From Clostridia bacterium (GTDB lineage Bacteria > Bacillota > Clostridia > Oscillospirales > CAG-272): a stretch of 64,000 nt of DNA. The stretch covers positions 23,536 to 87,535 of the forward strand of contig JAFQRL010000005.1 of the NCBI GenBank assembly GCA_017410065.1, given 5' to 3'. The notes below the pieces were generated by a model. That model was not told the origin of the DNA and ran no database searches. It saw only the letters and a program-made list of their open reading frames with translations. Every line of letters starts with the position of its first letter. The stretch's first letter is position 1. Shown piece after piece: positions 35,225 to 44,954 of this stretch. The position numbers and the translations under genes are program-made.

Positions 35225-38095
35225 ATGCTCGAATTAAGAAAAATTTCAAAGGATTACGTGACATCTTCGGAAACAGTCAAAGCTCTCAAGGAGGTCGATC
35301 TCACCTTCCGCGATAAGGAGTTCGTTTCTATCCTCGGTCCCTCGGGCTGCGGCAAGACGACTATGCTCAATATCGTTGGCGGTCTCGACCATTATACCTC
35401 GGGCGATCTGATCATCAACGGCAGAAGCACCCGCTCCTATAAAGACAGAGATTGGGACGTTTACAGAAACCACAGGGTGGGCTTTATCTTCCAAAGCTAC
35501 AACCTTATCCCCCACCAGACCATACTCGGCAACGTTGAGCTTGCCCTCACCATCTCGGGCATAGGAAAATCCGAGAGAGTGGCACGCGCCAAGCGCGCCC
35601 TCGACCGTGTCGGTCTTTCGGGTCAATACAACAAAAAGCCAAATCAGCTCTCGGGCGGTCAGTGCCAGAGGGTGGCTATCGCTCGCGCCCTCGTCAACGA
35701 CCCCGAGATACTTCTTGCAGACGAGCCCACGGGAGCTCTCGACACAGTTACCTCGGTGCAGATAATGGACCTTATCCGCGAGATCGCCGACGAGCGACTT
35801 GTCATAATGGTAACTCACAACCCCGAGCTTGCCGAGCAGTATTCCACAAGGATCATCCGCCTGCTTGACGGCAGAGTTGTTGAGGATTCCAACCCTGTCT
35901 CAAAAGAGGAGCTCGACGAATACACCGCTCGCCTCGAGGCTGAAAAGAGCCGCACCGTAAGCATCCGTCCTTTAAGGACGGCGCGTGGCGAGGTCTCCAC
36001 GGTTGCCGACGCAAAGCAAAAAAAGAAAAAGGATAAAAAGGCACCGAAGGGCGCGCGCCGCGAAAAGGCAAAGATGTCCTTCTTCACCGCCTTCCGTCTC
36101 TCCGCAAAGAATCTTATTTCCAAAAAGGGCAGGACCTCGATGGTCGGCTTTGCGGGCTCTATCGGCATAATCGGCATAGCAATGGTGCTTGCCTTCTCCT
36201 CGGGTATCAAGGGCTACGTTAAGTCTATGCAGGACGATATGCTCTCGGGCAACCCCATTCAGATCACCGAGACCACCTACGACCTTGAAGCCCTCACGGG
36301 TATGATGTCCACAAGCGAAAAGGTGGAGATCATCAAGGAGCCCGGCAAGGTATACATCAATTCCCTCGTTGAGTACATCGCAATGATGAGCGACCGTATG
36401 AACTCCCTCATCATCAAAAACGACATTTCGGAAAACTATATAAAATACGTCACCGAAATGCCCGAGGAATACTATTCGGCAATGCTCCTCGATTACGGCA
36501 TAGATATGTCAAACAGCATCTACACCGAGTTTGAGGCAAAGGGAGAGAAAAAGCCCCTTTCCATAAGCGCCCTCACCAATATCTATACCTCCATTCTCCA
36601 AAGCACCGAATATTCGGCGTACGCCTCCTACATCACCCAGATAGTCCCCTCCTTCAAGCAGGCACCCAATAATAAGGACTATCTCGCGGCGCAGTACGAC
36701 GTTATCGGCGAGATAGCCGACGAATACGACGAGGTTATGCTCGTCCTCGATAGAAACGAGGAGATCTCCGACCTCCTTCTTGCTCGCCTCGGCTATTATT
36801 CCGAGGAGGAATTCTTCGCAATAATCGATAAGGCTGTTGCGGGAGAGGATGCAGAGGGCGGCGAGCACTACCGCAAGTATTTCACAAACGAGGAGCTGCT
36901 CGGCAAGACCTTCACCTGGTACCCCAACGACGAGATCTTCAAGAAAAACGAGATCTCCTTCGGCGGCACCACGATGATAAATCCTCAAAACCCCTTCTCC
37001 TATGCGTATAACGCAGAGGGCACAGACCCCGCAGAGGGCGTCAATCTCAAGGTCGTCGGTATTCTATACGCCAACGAGACCACCACCTACGGCTGCCTCA
37101 CCTCGGGCATCTACTACACCGAGGCTCTCACAGAGCACGTGCTCGAAAAAAATATGAGCTCGGATATCGTTGAGTACCTTCTTCTCGATACCACCGCAAA
37201 CAACCAGATCACCTCAATGAACGTGAGCGGTATGAATATCGGTATCTATTATAACTACGACTTCACCGCCTACGGCGGCGAGACCAAGACCGCAACCGCC
37301 TTCGTTGGCTCATCCCTCGGCATAGACGATATGCTCGGCAGTATGGGTAATATGGGCGGCGGTGGCTCCTCGGGCGGCGGCTCTGGCGGAGCAGGCGGCG
37401 GTATGGGCTCGGGCGGAAGCATCGACGTTTCCCTCATCGGCTCAATGAAGACCCTCAGCGCAAGAGACGTTGGCGGAGTTGACGTTGCAAACGCCGTCTC
37501 CATATACCCCATCAGCTTTGAATCCAAGGACCTCGTTACAAACTACCTCGATAAATGGAACGGCAAGGGCGACATCACCCTCGGTAAGGGCACCCCAAGC
37601 GAGCTTGTCATCACGGCAAGCGAGCGCAGCGACGTCACCTACACCGACGCCCTGGAGCTTGTTATCAACCTTATCAACGGAATGATAGACGTAGTCTCCG
37701 CGGCTCTCATCGCCTTCACCTCTATCTCTCTTGTGGTATCCACGGTTATGATAGGAATTATAACCTACGTTTCGGTTGTTGAGAGGATCAAGGAGATCGG
37801 CGTTATCCGCTCCCTTGGCGGAAGAAAGAAGGACGTCAGCCGTCTGTTCACCGCAGAGACCTTTATCATCGGTCTGCTTTCGGGACTTATCGGCATCGGA
37901 GTCACCTTCCTTCTCTCACTCCTTGCAAGCTTTATCATCAAGTCCCTCTTCGGCATACCCAATATCGCGACCCTTGAGCCGATGCACGCAATAATCCTCG
38001 TGCTCCTCAGCATAGTTCTCACCCTATTCTCGGGAGTTATGCCCGCAAGAAGTGCCGCGAAGAAGGACCCCGTGGTAGCTCTGCGAACCGAATAG
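35225..38095 (+). CDS. ABC transporter, fused ATP-binding and FtsX/MacB-type permease
   Basis: GPSGCGKT, LSGGQCQR, LADEPTGALD, ERIKEIGVIRSLG, DPVVALRTE. Confidence 0.93.
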   Translation: MLELRKISKDYVTSSETVKALKEVDLTFRDKEFVSILGPSGCGKTTMLNIVGGLDHYTSGDLIINGRSTRSYKDRDWDVYRNHRVGFIFQSYNLIPHQTILGNVELALTISGIGKSERVARAKRALDRVGLSGQYNKKPNQLSGGQCQRVAIARALVNDPEILLADEPTGALDTVTSVQIMDLIREIADERLVIMVTHNPELAEQYSTRIIRLLDGRVVEDSNPVSKEELDEYTARLEAEKSRTVSIRPLRTARGEVSTVADAKQKKKKDKKAPKGARREKAKMSFFTAFRLSAKNLISKKGRTSMVGFAGSIGIIGIAMVLAFSSGIKGYVKSMQDDMLSGNPIQITETTYDLEALTGMMSTSEKVEIIKEPGKVYINSLVEYIAMMSDRMNSLIIKNDISENYIKYVTEMPEEYYSAMLLDYGIDMSNSIYTEFEAKGEKKPLSISALTNIYTSILQSTEYSAYASYITQIVPSFKQAPNNKDYLAAQYDVIGEIADEYDEVMLVLDRNEEISDLLLARLGYYSEEEFFAIIDKAVAGEDAEGGEHYRKYFTNEELLGKTFTWYPNDEIFKKNEISFGGTTMINPQNPFSYAYNAEGTDPAEGVNLKVVGILYANETTTYGCLTSGIYYTEALTEHVLEKNMSSDIVEYLLLDTTANNQITSMNVSGMNIGIYYNYDFTAYGGETKTATAFVGSSLGIDDMLGSMGNMGGGGSSGGGSGGAGGGMGSGGSIDVSLIGSMKTLSARDVGGVDVANAVSIYPISFESKDLVTNYLDKWNGKGDITLGKGTPSELVITASERSDVTYTDALELVINLINGMIDVVSAALIAFTSISLVVSTVMIGIITYVSVVERIKEIGVIRSLGGRKKDVSRLFTAETFIIGLLSGLIGIGVTFLLSLLASFIIKSLFGIPNIATLEPMHAIILVLLSIVLTLFSGVMPARSAAKKDPVVALRTE

Positions 38096-38192
38096 TAGCA
38101 GGCAAAAGAAAACCCAAAGCATTAATAAAACTCTGCAAAACTCTGATTTTGTAAATTGTTATTTACATTTCTTGTCGTTTTGCAAACACATT

Positions 38193-38226
38193 GAGCGAGC
38201 CCTCGCAAGTCGGCTCGCTCTTTTTT
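38193..38226 (+). terminator. Intrinsic terminator
   Basis: GAGCGAGCC...GGCTCGCTC-TTTTTT. Confidence 0.8.
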
Positions 38227-38268
38227 ATAATCAAAACGAACTATATATAAAAATAAAACCGTCCTTTC

Positions 38269-38297
38269 TTGACAATCAAAATTCGTTATGCTATAAT
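38269..38297 (+). promoter_or_regulatory. SigmaA consensus promoter
   Basis: TTGACA-17 bp-TATAAT with an extended -10 TG. Confidence 0.8.
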
Positions 38298-38379
38298 TTA
38301 AAATGGTAAAATTTTATAGTATTTCGTAAGGCGAGCTTATCGCCCAAGGCTTTAATTGAAAGGGATTTGAAGAACTGCT

Positions 38380-41300
38380 ATGAAAAAAAGACTGTTGACA
38401 ATTTTATCACTCGCGCTTGCACTATGCGCTCTGCTTGCTATGCTTTCGGTTTTCGCATCGGCAAGCGGCACAGCCGAGGAGAGCGAGGGCGAGACGACCC
38501 CCGCCGCGCCCGAAATAGTGAGCAAGAACGTGAGCTACGCATCAAAGCTTCATCTTCTATACGCCATACCGAAGGAGCAGGTGCCCGAGGGCTCCTCGCT
38601 CTGCCTTAAGGTAAGCTCGGCAAACCCGACCACCGAGGCATACACCCTCACCGAGCCCACCCTTATGACCATAAGTGCCATCACGGGCGAGGCGAAGGAA
38701 TACTACGTTTTCTATTCCAAAGGAATAGCGGCGAAGGATCTCGCCACTCCCATATACGCAACCCCCGCGCTCATAGATAAGGGGGGAGTCGAGACCCTCG
38801 GCAAAACCGAGGAATACAGCGTTATAGAATATTGCTACGAGCGACTTATGCACGACGGCTTCATAAACGTGGAGGGCGAGGACACACAGGACCTCCGCCG
38901 CCGCAGGCTCTACGAGGCGCTTATCGAATATAATTCAAAGGCTTACGCCGTGTTTGGAGACGAAAACGCAACCGACCCCGATAGCCTTGCATACGCCTCG
39001 GTTAAGGGCTCTTATTCGGACTTCTTCTCCCCCGTCGATCCCACGGACACTATAACCGTCACCTACGATCCAAGCGCCATTCCGAAGGACTATCTTTTTG
39101 TGGGCTGGAGGATCATCGTCACAGGTGCGGACGGCAGTATCACCGAAACTCTCTCCGAGCTTTCCACCGTCACCGTCAGCCTCTCAAAGGGCGCGACCTC
39201 GCTTGCCGCCGTCTACGTTAAGGATCCCGACGTGCTCCTCGGGGAGCAGATCGCCGAGGCAGAGATAAGAGACGCGGCAAACAGGGCGGCAGAATGGGCA
39301 GCTCTTGAAGAAAGAATGATCTCAAAGCTTGGCTATTCCGAGGAAAACGCGAAAAAGATCACCGACGAAATGAAAAACCTCTACACCCTCTACGGTCCCG
39401 AGCTTGTGGACTGGGTGGCAAGCCTTTACGCAAAGGGCTTTATGGACCTTGAAAACGGCATCTGGGCGGGCGGCTTCTACGCAACCGTTGCGGGAAGGGA
39501 TGCCTACGGCTTCGGCCCCGACCTTCAGTGCACCGTTCAGCTCCTCAGATTCCTCCAGCAATCGGGCGTTATCTCCTCTATTTCCAAGGATATCCCCGAG
39601 TGGATGCAGATCGAAATGGTCTACTTTGCAAAATCCCTTCAGCACGAAAACGGCTACTTCTACCATCCCCAATGGGGCAAGGAATTCACAGACGAGCATA
39701 TATCCCGCCGCGGCAGAGACCTCGGTTGGGGAACGTCGCTTCTCTCGGATTTCGGCGCAAAGCCCCAATACGACACACCGAACGGCGTTAAGGGCGACGG
39801 CGTGAGCGCAGACGAATACCTTGCGTCTCTCGGTATAATAAAGCCCACCTTCGGCGTGACTCTCACCTCACATCTCGGCGAAAGCACCGAAAGCAGAGTT
39901 CGCCTCGCCACCCTCGTGGCAGCCGAGGAGGATGCAAGCACCGCATATCTCAAAACTCTCCCCGCATTTATAAATTATCTTCTCACCGTTATTGAGCCGG
40001 GAATGAAGACCAATCAGTACAGCACAGGTAATACCCTCAACGCCACCGACGGTCAGATCTCCTATTACAGCAATCTTAACGGCACCTACACCTACACCGA
40101 GGGCGACGAGGCTCTCACAGACGGCGCGACAGCCGAGGATTACAAGCAGTTTGAGGGCTTGACGATGATGGAAATGGTCATCAAGGTGCTCATCGACGTT
40201 ATAAATCCCAAAACGGGTCTCTACGGCGGCTACAACGAGGACGGCACCTGGAGCGACACCCTAAACTTCTCCCATTCCAACGGCTTCTTCAAGGTCATCT
40301 CCATTATCAACGGAGAGGGTGTTGCATATCCTTATGCGGCAGAGGCGGCGGTCAGCCTTATTGATAACCTGACAAATCCCGACCTCCCCTCCCGAGGCAA
40401 TGCCTGCGAGGTCTATAATGTTTGGAACGCTATTAATTCCCTTGATTCCAACCCCGCAAAAACCAATACCGTTTACGCCGTAGTCACCGAAGATGACGTG
40501 ACAGTTGCCAAGGAGGGCGACGAGGGCGCGGTGGAAATGACCGTATCGCAGTTTATAGCAAAGAGCCTTGAGGTCCGCGGAGCGGATGCCGTGCGCATCA
40601 CCTTCGATAAGATAAAGGGCTACCAAAAGGCAGACGGCTCCTTCTCCCACAGCTACACCTCGGGCGGCACGATGCATCAGGGCTGTCCCGTTGCTCCCGC
40701 AGGAAATATGGGCGGCGACGTTGACGCGACCTGTATCTCCTCAACGGGACTTGTGCGCAGTATGTTCAACGCCTTCGGGCTTGACAGCTACCGTCCCGCC
40801 TTCTTCGGCGAGGCAGATTATATCCGCTTCATTCACACCCTTGAAGTAATGGAGCCTGTTCGCAAGGTAGACGAGGATAAGCTTATAGAGGACTTTGAGG
40901 ACGGTCTCTATAAAAATAATATTGAGGGCGACTTCGCCGTTGAAAACGGTAAGCTTAATATCTCGGGCGAGGCAAGCATCTCCCTCTCCGAGCTTTCCAC
41001 CAAGGGCACAAGGCTTGCTGTAAGCGCAAGCATCACCCTCACAAGCTCTGTCCGCCTCAACGTCCTCTCGGGCAACGAAGTGATAGACACCCTCACCCTC
41101 TACGTCGATAACGGAGTCTGCGCTCTCGAAAGAGAGTCCACGGCAAGCACGGCTTATCCCGATATATCGGGAGGCGAGGTGAAGCTTCATCTCCTTTATT
41201 ATCTTGAGGACGGTGCTCTCGTGTCCGAGCTTCTCTCAAACGGAGCGCTCCTTATGAAGGAGAAGCAGAGCGCGGATATTTCCTCTCTTTCCGATATCAC

Positions 41301-43143
41301 CTCTCTCGCTATTGCCTCGGAGAGCACGACCCTTGATAATATGACCTTCGCCCTTATCACTCCCGAAAGCTCTATAATCAACGATAACGGCTTTATAGAT
41401 TTCAGCGGCTTTACGGTCGGCGAGCTTGACGTCGGTCTTGCTTCAAGCGGTATCAACTTCACCAACCAGACCGCAGACGGGCCGACCAAGTCCTATGCTC
41501 TCATAATCTCCGAGAACAGCAACAAGTATCTGCGCCTTGACGATAATTGCTCATCTCCCGATGGCACCCAGAATTACTTTGATTTCAAGAACGGAGATAA
41601 CAAAGCGGCAACCGTTGTTTTCGAAACGAGAATGAGGATAAACCGCGAGGCAGGCGGTGTTATTCCCATCACCGTTCGCAGTGCAAGCGGCGGCGCGTAC
41701 TACGGCGGACTCAATATTGTGAGCGGCTACCTGTACGCAGGCGTTGAAAACAAAAAATCAGGTCTTGCTTCAACTCTTATAGCAACCGACGTTAAGGAAA
41801 ACGAATGGTTCACCTTAAGAATGGAATATACGGCGGCGGCAACCTATTCGGAGGACAGCTTCCTTTGCTCTATTTACATCAACGGCAAGCTCATTGATTC
41901 GGACACAAGAAAGTGCGACGGACTTGTTTATGCTCCTGCGGCGTCCGTTCTCTCCTTCAGAATGGCGTGCGACACGAACTGGCTCGGCACTCTGGACTAC
42001 GACGATATCTATGTCGGCAGTCTTGAAGACTACGGCGGCAACAGCTCGCCTACCTCTCACACTCACCTCACCGATACCGAGATCACCGACGTTATAGACT
42101 CCACCTGCACGGAGGACGGAAGCTACGTTCTCAAAACCTTCTGCTCCGATTCAAGCTGCGGCAAGGTATTATCGAGAGTGGTCCTCCCGATCCCCGCAGG
42201 CCATAAGCCCGCTACCAAGGAAGAAAACCGCATAGAGCCCACCTGCACGGCAGAGGGCAGCTTTGAGCTTGTCGGATACTGCTCGGGCTGTGGCTTGGAG
42301 CTTTCAAGAGAGCTCTGCATTCTCCAAATGACGCCTCACAGCGTTGTTAACGACCGTTGCACCGAATGTGGCGTCGAGGGCTTCGTTGCGGAAGGTCTTA
42401 TTGACTTTGAGGATATGGAGGCACAGTCCTTCCTCACCCCCGATGGTACGGTAACAAATGCGAATCTTCCTGTCGCCCTAAACGGTAGCTATATCCATCT
42501 TTACGCCCCAAAGGCCCACGCAAATATGGCGGTAGTCACCGAGGACGGAGACAAGATCCTCTCCTGCGAGAAGGTCATCAACACCACGAACAGCAACACC
42601 TGGGTAGACTTTATAAGAGACACCTCTGTGTCTGCCGACACGATACACTTCGAGACCCGCTTCAAGTACGACAGCACGGCTCTCGGCGGCGGTATCTACG
42701 TCCGTCTCTACACAGGCAGGAACACCTCGGGCGGCGGCACGAGAGTAACCTATCACGTCCTCAAAACAAGCAGCGGTTATCTCACCTATCAAGGTGCCGA
42801 GACCCACGTGAAGTCGGGCGAATGGTGCACCTTGAGGATAACTCTTGAAAAGACCGACACAGGCTATCTCTATTCCTTCCTCGTTAAAAACGAGACGGGC
42901 AGCAGCATAACCTCAGGCGGCACAAGCTATGGAGTCGGCGAGTTTATTCCCTACTACGTCACCTCCGAGCTCCTCATCGAGCTTGAGGATATCAACGACG
43001 TAAACGCCATCACCTTTATGCACTCCACAGGCTGTCTCACCAACCTGAGCTTCAATAATTGCTACTTCGGCGGAACGCCGCGCTATGTGCTTAAGGGCGA
43101 GCAGCAAAATCTAAATGTTTGGCGAAGCCAAATTTATAACTGA
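38380..43143 (+). CDS. 1587-aa secreted multidomain protein of unknown function
   Basis: Signal peptide ending VFASA; central region with QxxxG(Y/S)F motifs; Cys/His-rich TCT...G repeats; beta-rich C-terminal modules. Confidence 0.85.
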   Translation: MKKRLLTILSLALALCALLAMLSVFASASGTAEESEGETTPAAPEIVSKNVSYASKLHLLYAIPKEQVPEGSSLCLKVSSANPTTEAYTLTEPTLMTISAITGEAKEYYVFYSKGIAAKDLATPIYATPALIDKGGVETLGKTEEYSVIEYCYERLMHDGFINVEGEDTQDLRRRRLYEALIEYNSKAYAVFGDENATDPDSLAYASVKGSYSDFFSPVDPTDTITVTYDPSAIPKDYLFVGWRIIVTGADGSITETLSELSTVTVSLSKGATSLAAVYVKDPDVLLGEQIAEAEIRDAANRAAEWAALEERMISKLGYSEENAKKITDEMKNLYTLYGPELVDWVASLYAKGFMDLENGIWAGGFYATVAGRDAYGFGPDLQCTVQLLRFLQQSGVISSISKDIPEWMQIEMVYFAKSLQHENGYFYHPQWGKEFTDEHISRRGRDLGWGTSLLSDFGAKPQYDTPNGVKGDGVSADEYLASLGIIKPTFGVTLTSHLGESTESRVRLATLVAAEEDASTAYLKTLPAFINYLLTVIEPGMKTNQYSTGNTLNATDGQISYYSNLNGTYTYTEGDEALTDGATAEDYKQFEGLTMMEMVIKVLIDVINPKTGLYGGYNEDGTWSDTLNFSHSNGFFKVISIINGEGVAYPYAAEAAVSLIDNLTNPDLPSRGNACEVYNVWNAINSLDSNPAKTNTVYAVVTEDDVTVAKEGDEGAVEMTVSQFIAKSLEVRGADAVRITFDKIKGYQKADGSFSHSYTSGGTMHQGCPVAPAGNMGGDVDATCISSTGLVRSMFNAFGLDSYRPAFFGEADYIRFIHTLEVMEPVRKVDEDKLIEDFEDGLYKNNIEGDFAVENGKLNISGEASISLSELSTKGTRLAVSASITLTSSVRLNVLSGNEVIDTLTLYVDNGVCALERESTASTAYPDISGGEVKLHLLYYLEDGALVSELLSNGALLMKEKQSADISSLSDITSLAIASESTTLDNMTFALITPESSIINDNGFIDFSGFTVGELDVGLASSGINFTNQTADGPTKSYALIISENSNKYLRLDDNCSSPDGTQNYFDFKNGDNKAATVVFETRMRINREAGGVIPITVRSASGGAYYGGLNIVSGYLYAGVENKKSGLASTLIATDVKENEWFTLRMEYTAAATYSEDSFLCSIYINGKLIDSDTRKCDGLVYAPAASVLSFRMACDTNWLGTLDYDDIYVGSLEDYGGNSSPTSHTHLTDTEITDVIDSTCTEDGSYVLKTFCSDSSCGKVLSRVVLPIPAGHKPATKEENRIEPTCTAEGSFELVGYCSGCGLELSRELCILQMTPHSVVNDRCTECGVEGFVAEGLIDFEDMEAQSFLTPDGTVTNANLPVALNGSYIHLYAPKAHANMAVVTEDGDKILSCEKVINTTNSNTWVDFIRDTSVSADTIHFETRFKYDSTALGGGIYVRLYTGRNTSGGGTRVTYHVLKTSSGYLTYQGAETHVKSGEWCTLRITLEKTDTGYLYSFLVKNETGSSITSGGTSYGVGEFIPYYVTSELLIELEDINDVNAITFMHSTGCLTNLSFNNCYFGGTPRYVLKGEQQNLNVWRSQIYN

Positions 43144-43212
43144 AAAAAAGACCCCGAGCGAGGATTTAAGAAGCCAGTTTTTCTTAAATTTCAGGCTCGG
43201 GGTTTATTTTTT
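43144..43212 (+). terminator. Long hairpin terminator
   Basis: CCCCGAGC...ATTTAAGAA/TTCTTAAAT...GCTCGGGG followed by a T tract; the last 19 bp are duplicated directly downstream. Confidence 0.7.
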
Positions 43213-43241
43213 TGCGTTGGGGTTTATTTTTTTGCGTCCTA

Positions 43242-43270
43242 TTGACAAATAAAATATTTTATGCTATAAT
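43242..43270 (+). promoter_or_regulatory. SigmaA consensus promoter of pyrC
   Basis: TTGACA (43242-43247)-17 bp-TATAAT (43265-43270) with TG. Confidence 0.85.
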
Positions 43271-43330
43271 ACTAAAGATAAAAAACAAGCGCGGCGCGTG
43301 CGCCCGCTTTAAAGTATTAGGAGGTTTGGT

Positions 43331-44572
43331 ATGAAGGCTATTCTTCGCGGTGCACAAATATATACTGACGGCACTATGAAAAAGTCCGATTTGCTTCTTG
43401 ACGGCACCTCCCTCTCCGTTTTTGAGGGTGACGTATCCGCCCCCTCCGCTATTCCCGTTTTTGATAATATAGCTGTTTTGCCCGGTTTTTGTGATGTTCA
43501 CGTACATCTCAGAGAGCCGGGTTTTTCTTATAAAGAGACCATCGGGACAGGCTCTCTTGCGGCGGCTCGCGGCGGCTACACCTGCGTGCTTTCTATGCCA
43601 AATCTTGCCCCGACTCCCGATACCGAGGAAAACCTGAAGGTCCAGCTTGATCTTATCGAAAGGGACGCGGTAATAAAGGTTATCCCCTACGGCACTATAA
43701 CCAAGGGTGAGGGCGGCTTGGAGCTTTCCGATATGGCGGCTATGAATGAGCAGGTTGCGGGCTATTCGGACGACGGCAGAGGTGTTCAGAGCGAGGAGAT
43801 GATGCTCCGCGCGATGGAGCTTGCGGCAAGCCTCGGCAAGCCCATAGTTGCTCATTGCGAGGATAATTCCCTGCTCCGCGGCGGCTATATTCACGATGGC
43901 GAATACGCAAGAGCTCACGGCCATAGAGGTATATGCTCCGAGAGCGAATGGGGTCCCATAAAAAGAGATATCGAGCTCGTGAAAAAGAGCGGCTGCTCCT
44001 ATCACGTCTGCCATATATCCACCAAGGAAAGCGTTGAGCTTATAAGGCGGGCAAAGGCGGAGGGCGTTGATATCACCTGTGAGACCGCCCCGCATTATAT
44101 TCTTCTTGACGATAGCTCAATGGAGGAGGATGCCCGCTTCAAAATGAATCCCCCCTTAAGAAGCGCGGAGGATAGACTCGCCATCCTTGAAGGAATTAAG
44201 GACGGCACGATAGACGCAATAGCCACAGACCACGCGCCCCACTCCGCCGAGGAAAAATCCCGCGGACTTGAAAAGAGCGCAATGGGCGTCGTCGGAATAG
44301 AAACGGCCTTCCCCCTTGTATACACCTATCTTGTAAAAACAGGCGTAATAACTATGGAGCGAGCAGTTGAGCTGCTGTCCATCTCCCCCCGCAGAAGATT
44401 CGGTATAACCTCGGACGTGGGCTTCTCAATCTGGAGGCTCGGCGAGAAAAAGCCCATCGACGCAAAGGACTTCCTCTCCAAGGGCAAAAGCACCCCCTTC
44501 CTCGGCACCCCCGTCGAGGCTGAATGTCTGCTCACCGTCTACGAAGGCAAAGCAGTATATTCTGCCCTCTAA
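43331..44572 (+). CDS. pyrC: Dihydroorotase
   Basis: DVHVHLREPG, MPNLAP, HVCHIST, KMNPPLR, ATDHAPH, NSPF-like STPFLG. Confidence 0.95.
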   Translation: MKAILRGAQIYTDGTMKKSDLLLDGTSLSVFEGDVSAPSAIPVFDNIAVLPGFCDVHVHLREPGFSYKETIGTGSLAAARGGYTCVLSMPNLAPTPDTEENLKVQLDLIERDAVIKVIPYGTITKGEGGLELSDMAAMNEQVAGYSDDGRGVQSEEMMLRAMELAASLGKPIVAHCEDNSLLRGGYIHDGEYARAHGHRGICSESEWGPIKRDIELVKKSGCSYHVCHISTKESVELIRRAKAEGVDITCETAPHYILLDDSSMEEDARFKMNPPLRSAEDRLAILEGIKDGTIDAIATDHAPHSAEEKSRGLEKSAMGVVGIETAFPLVYTYLVKTGVITMERAVELLSISPRRRFGITSDVGFSIWRLGEKKPIDAKDFLSKGKSTPFLGTPVEAECLLTVYEGKAVYSAL

Positions 44573-44888
44573 ATCGCGGCGCAGCCTTGCATATCACCAA
44601 CCTCGCAGAGGTTGTATATCATCAACACGCAAGTGTTGTATATCATCCGCCAACGGCGGTATATCATCAGCTCTCCGAGCTGTATATTTGCTATTCGTCG
44701 GTCGTACACGCCGAATAACGCAAGATACCGTTAAAAACGGTATGCATCAAGGCGAAAGCCTTGCATATCATCAACCTCAAAGAGGTTGTATATCACCAAC
44801 CTCGCAGAGGTTGCATATCATCAGCTCTCCGAGCTGCATATCATCACGGCACAGCCGTGTATATCACCAACCTCGCAGAGGTTGCATC
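44572..44888. repeat. Longest family A linker-plus-mini-hairpin array
   Basis: Eleven hairpins on TGYATATCAYCA linkers, plus one 68-bp module at 44681-44748. Confidence 0.92.
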
Positions 44889-44954
44889 CCCCTTCTGCGG
44901 CTTTTTTAAGAAAAGCAAAGAATTTTGAATTAATTAACACGGAGGAATATAAAA

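Noticed and set aside
37330-37420. Gly/Ser-rich tract in the ABC permease
   Set aside because: An ordinary low-complexity linker in an extracellular loop.
43270-43330. PyrR attenuator upstream of pyrC
   Set aside because: No AGUCCAGAGAGGCU-like binding loop or terminator pair; only a short GC hairpin.
44572-44888. Calling the hairpin arrays CRISPR arrays
   Set aside because: The repeat is only about 12 bp, the spacers are 9-13 bp palindromes that recur, and no cas gene or leader is present.
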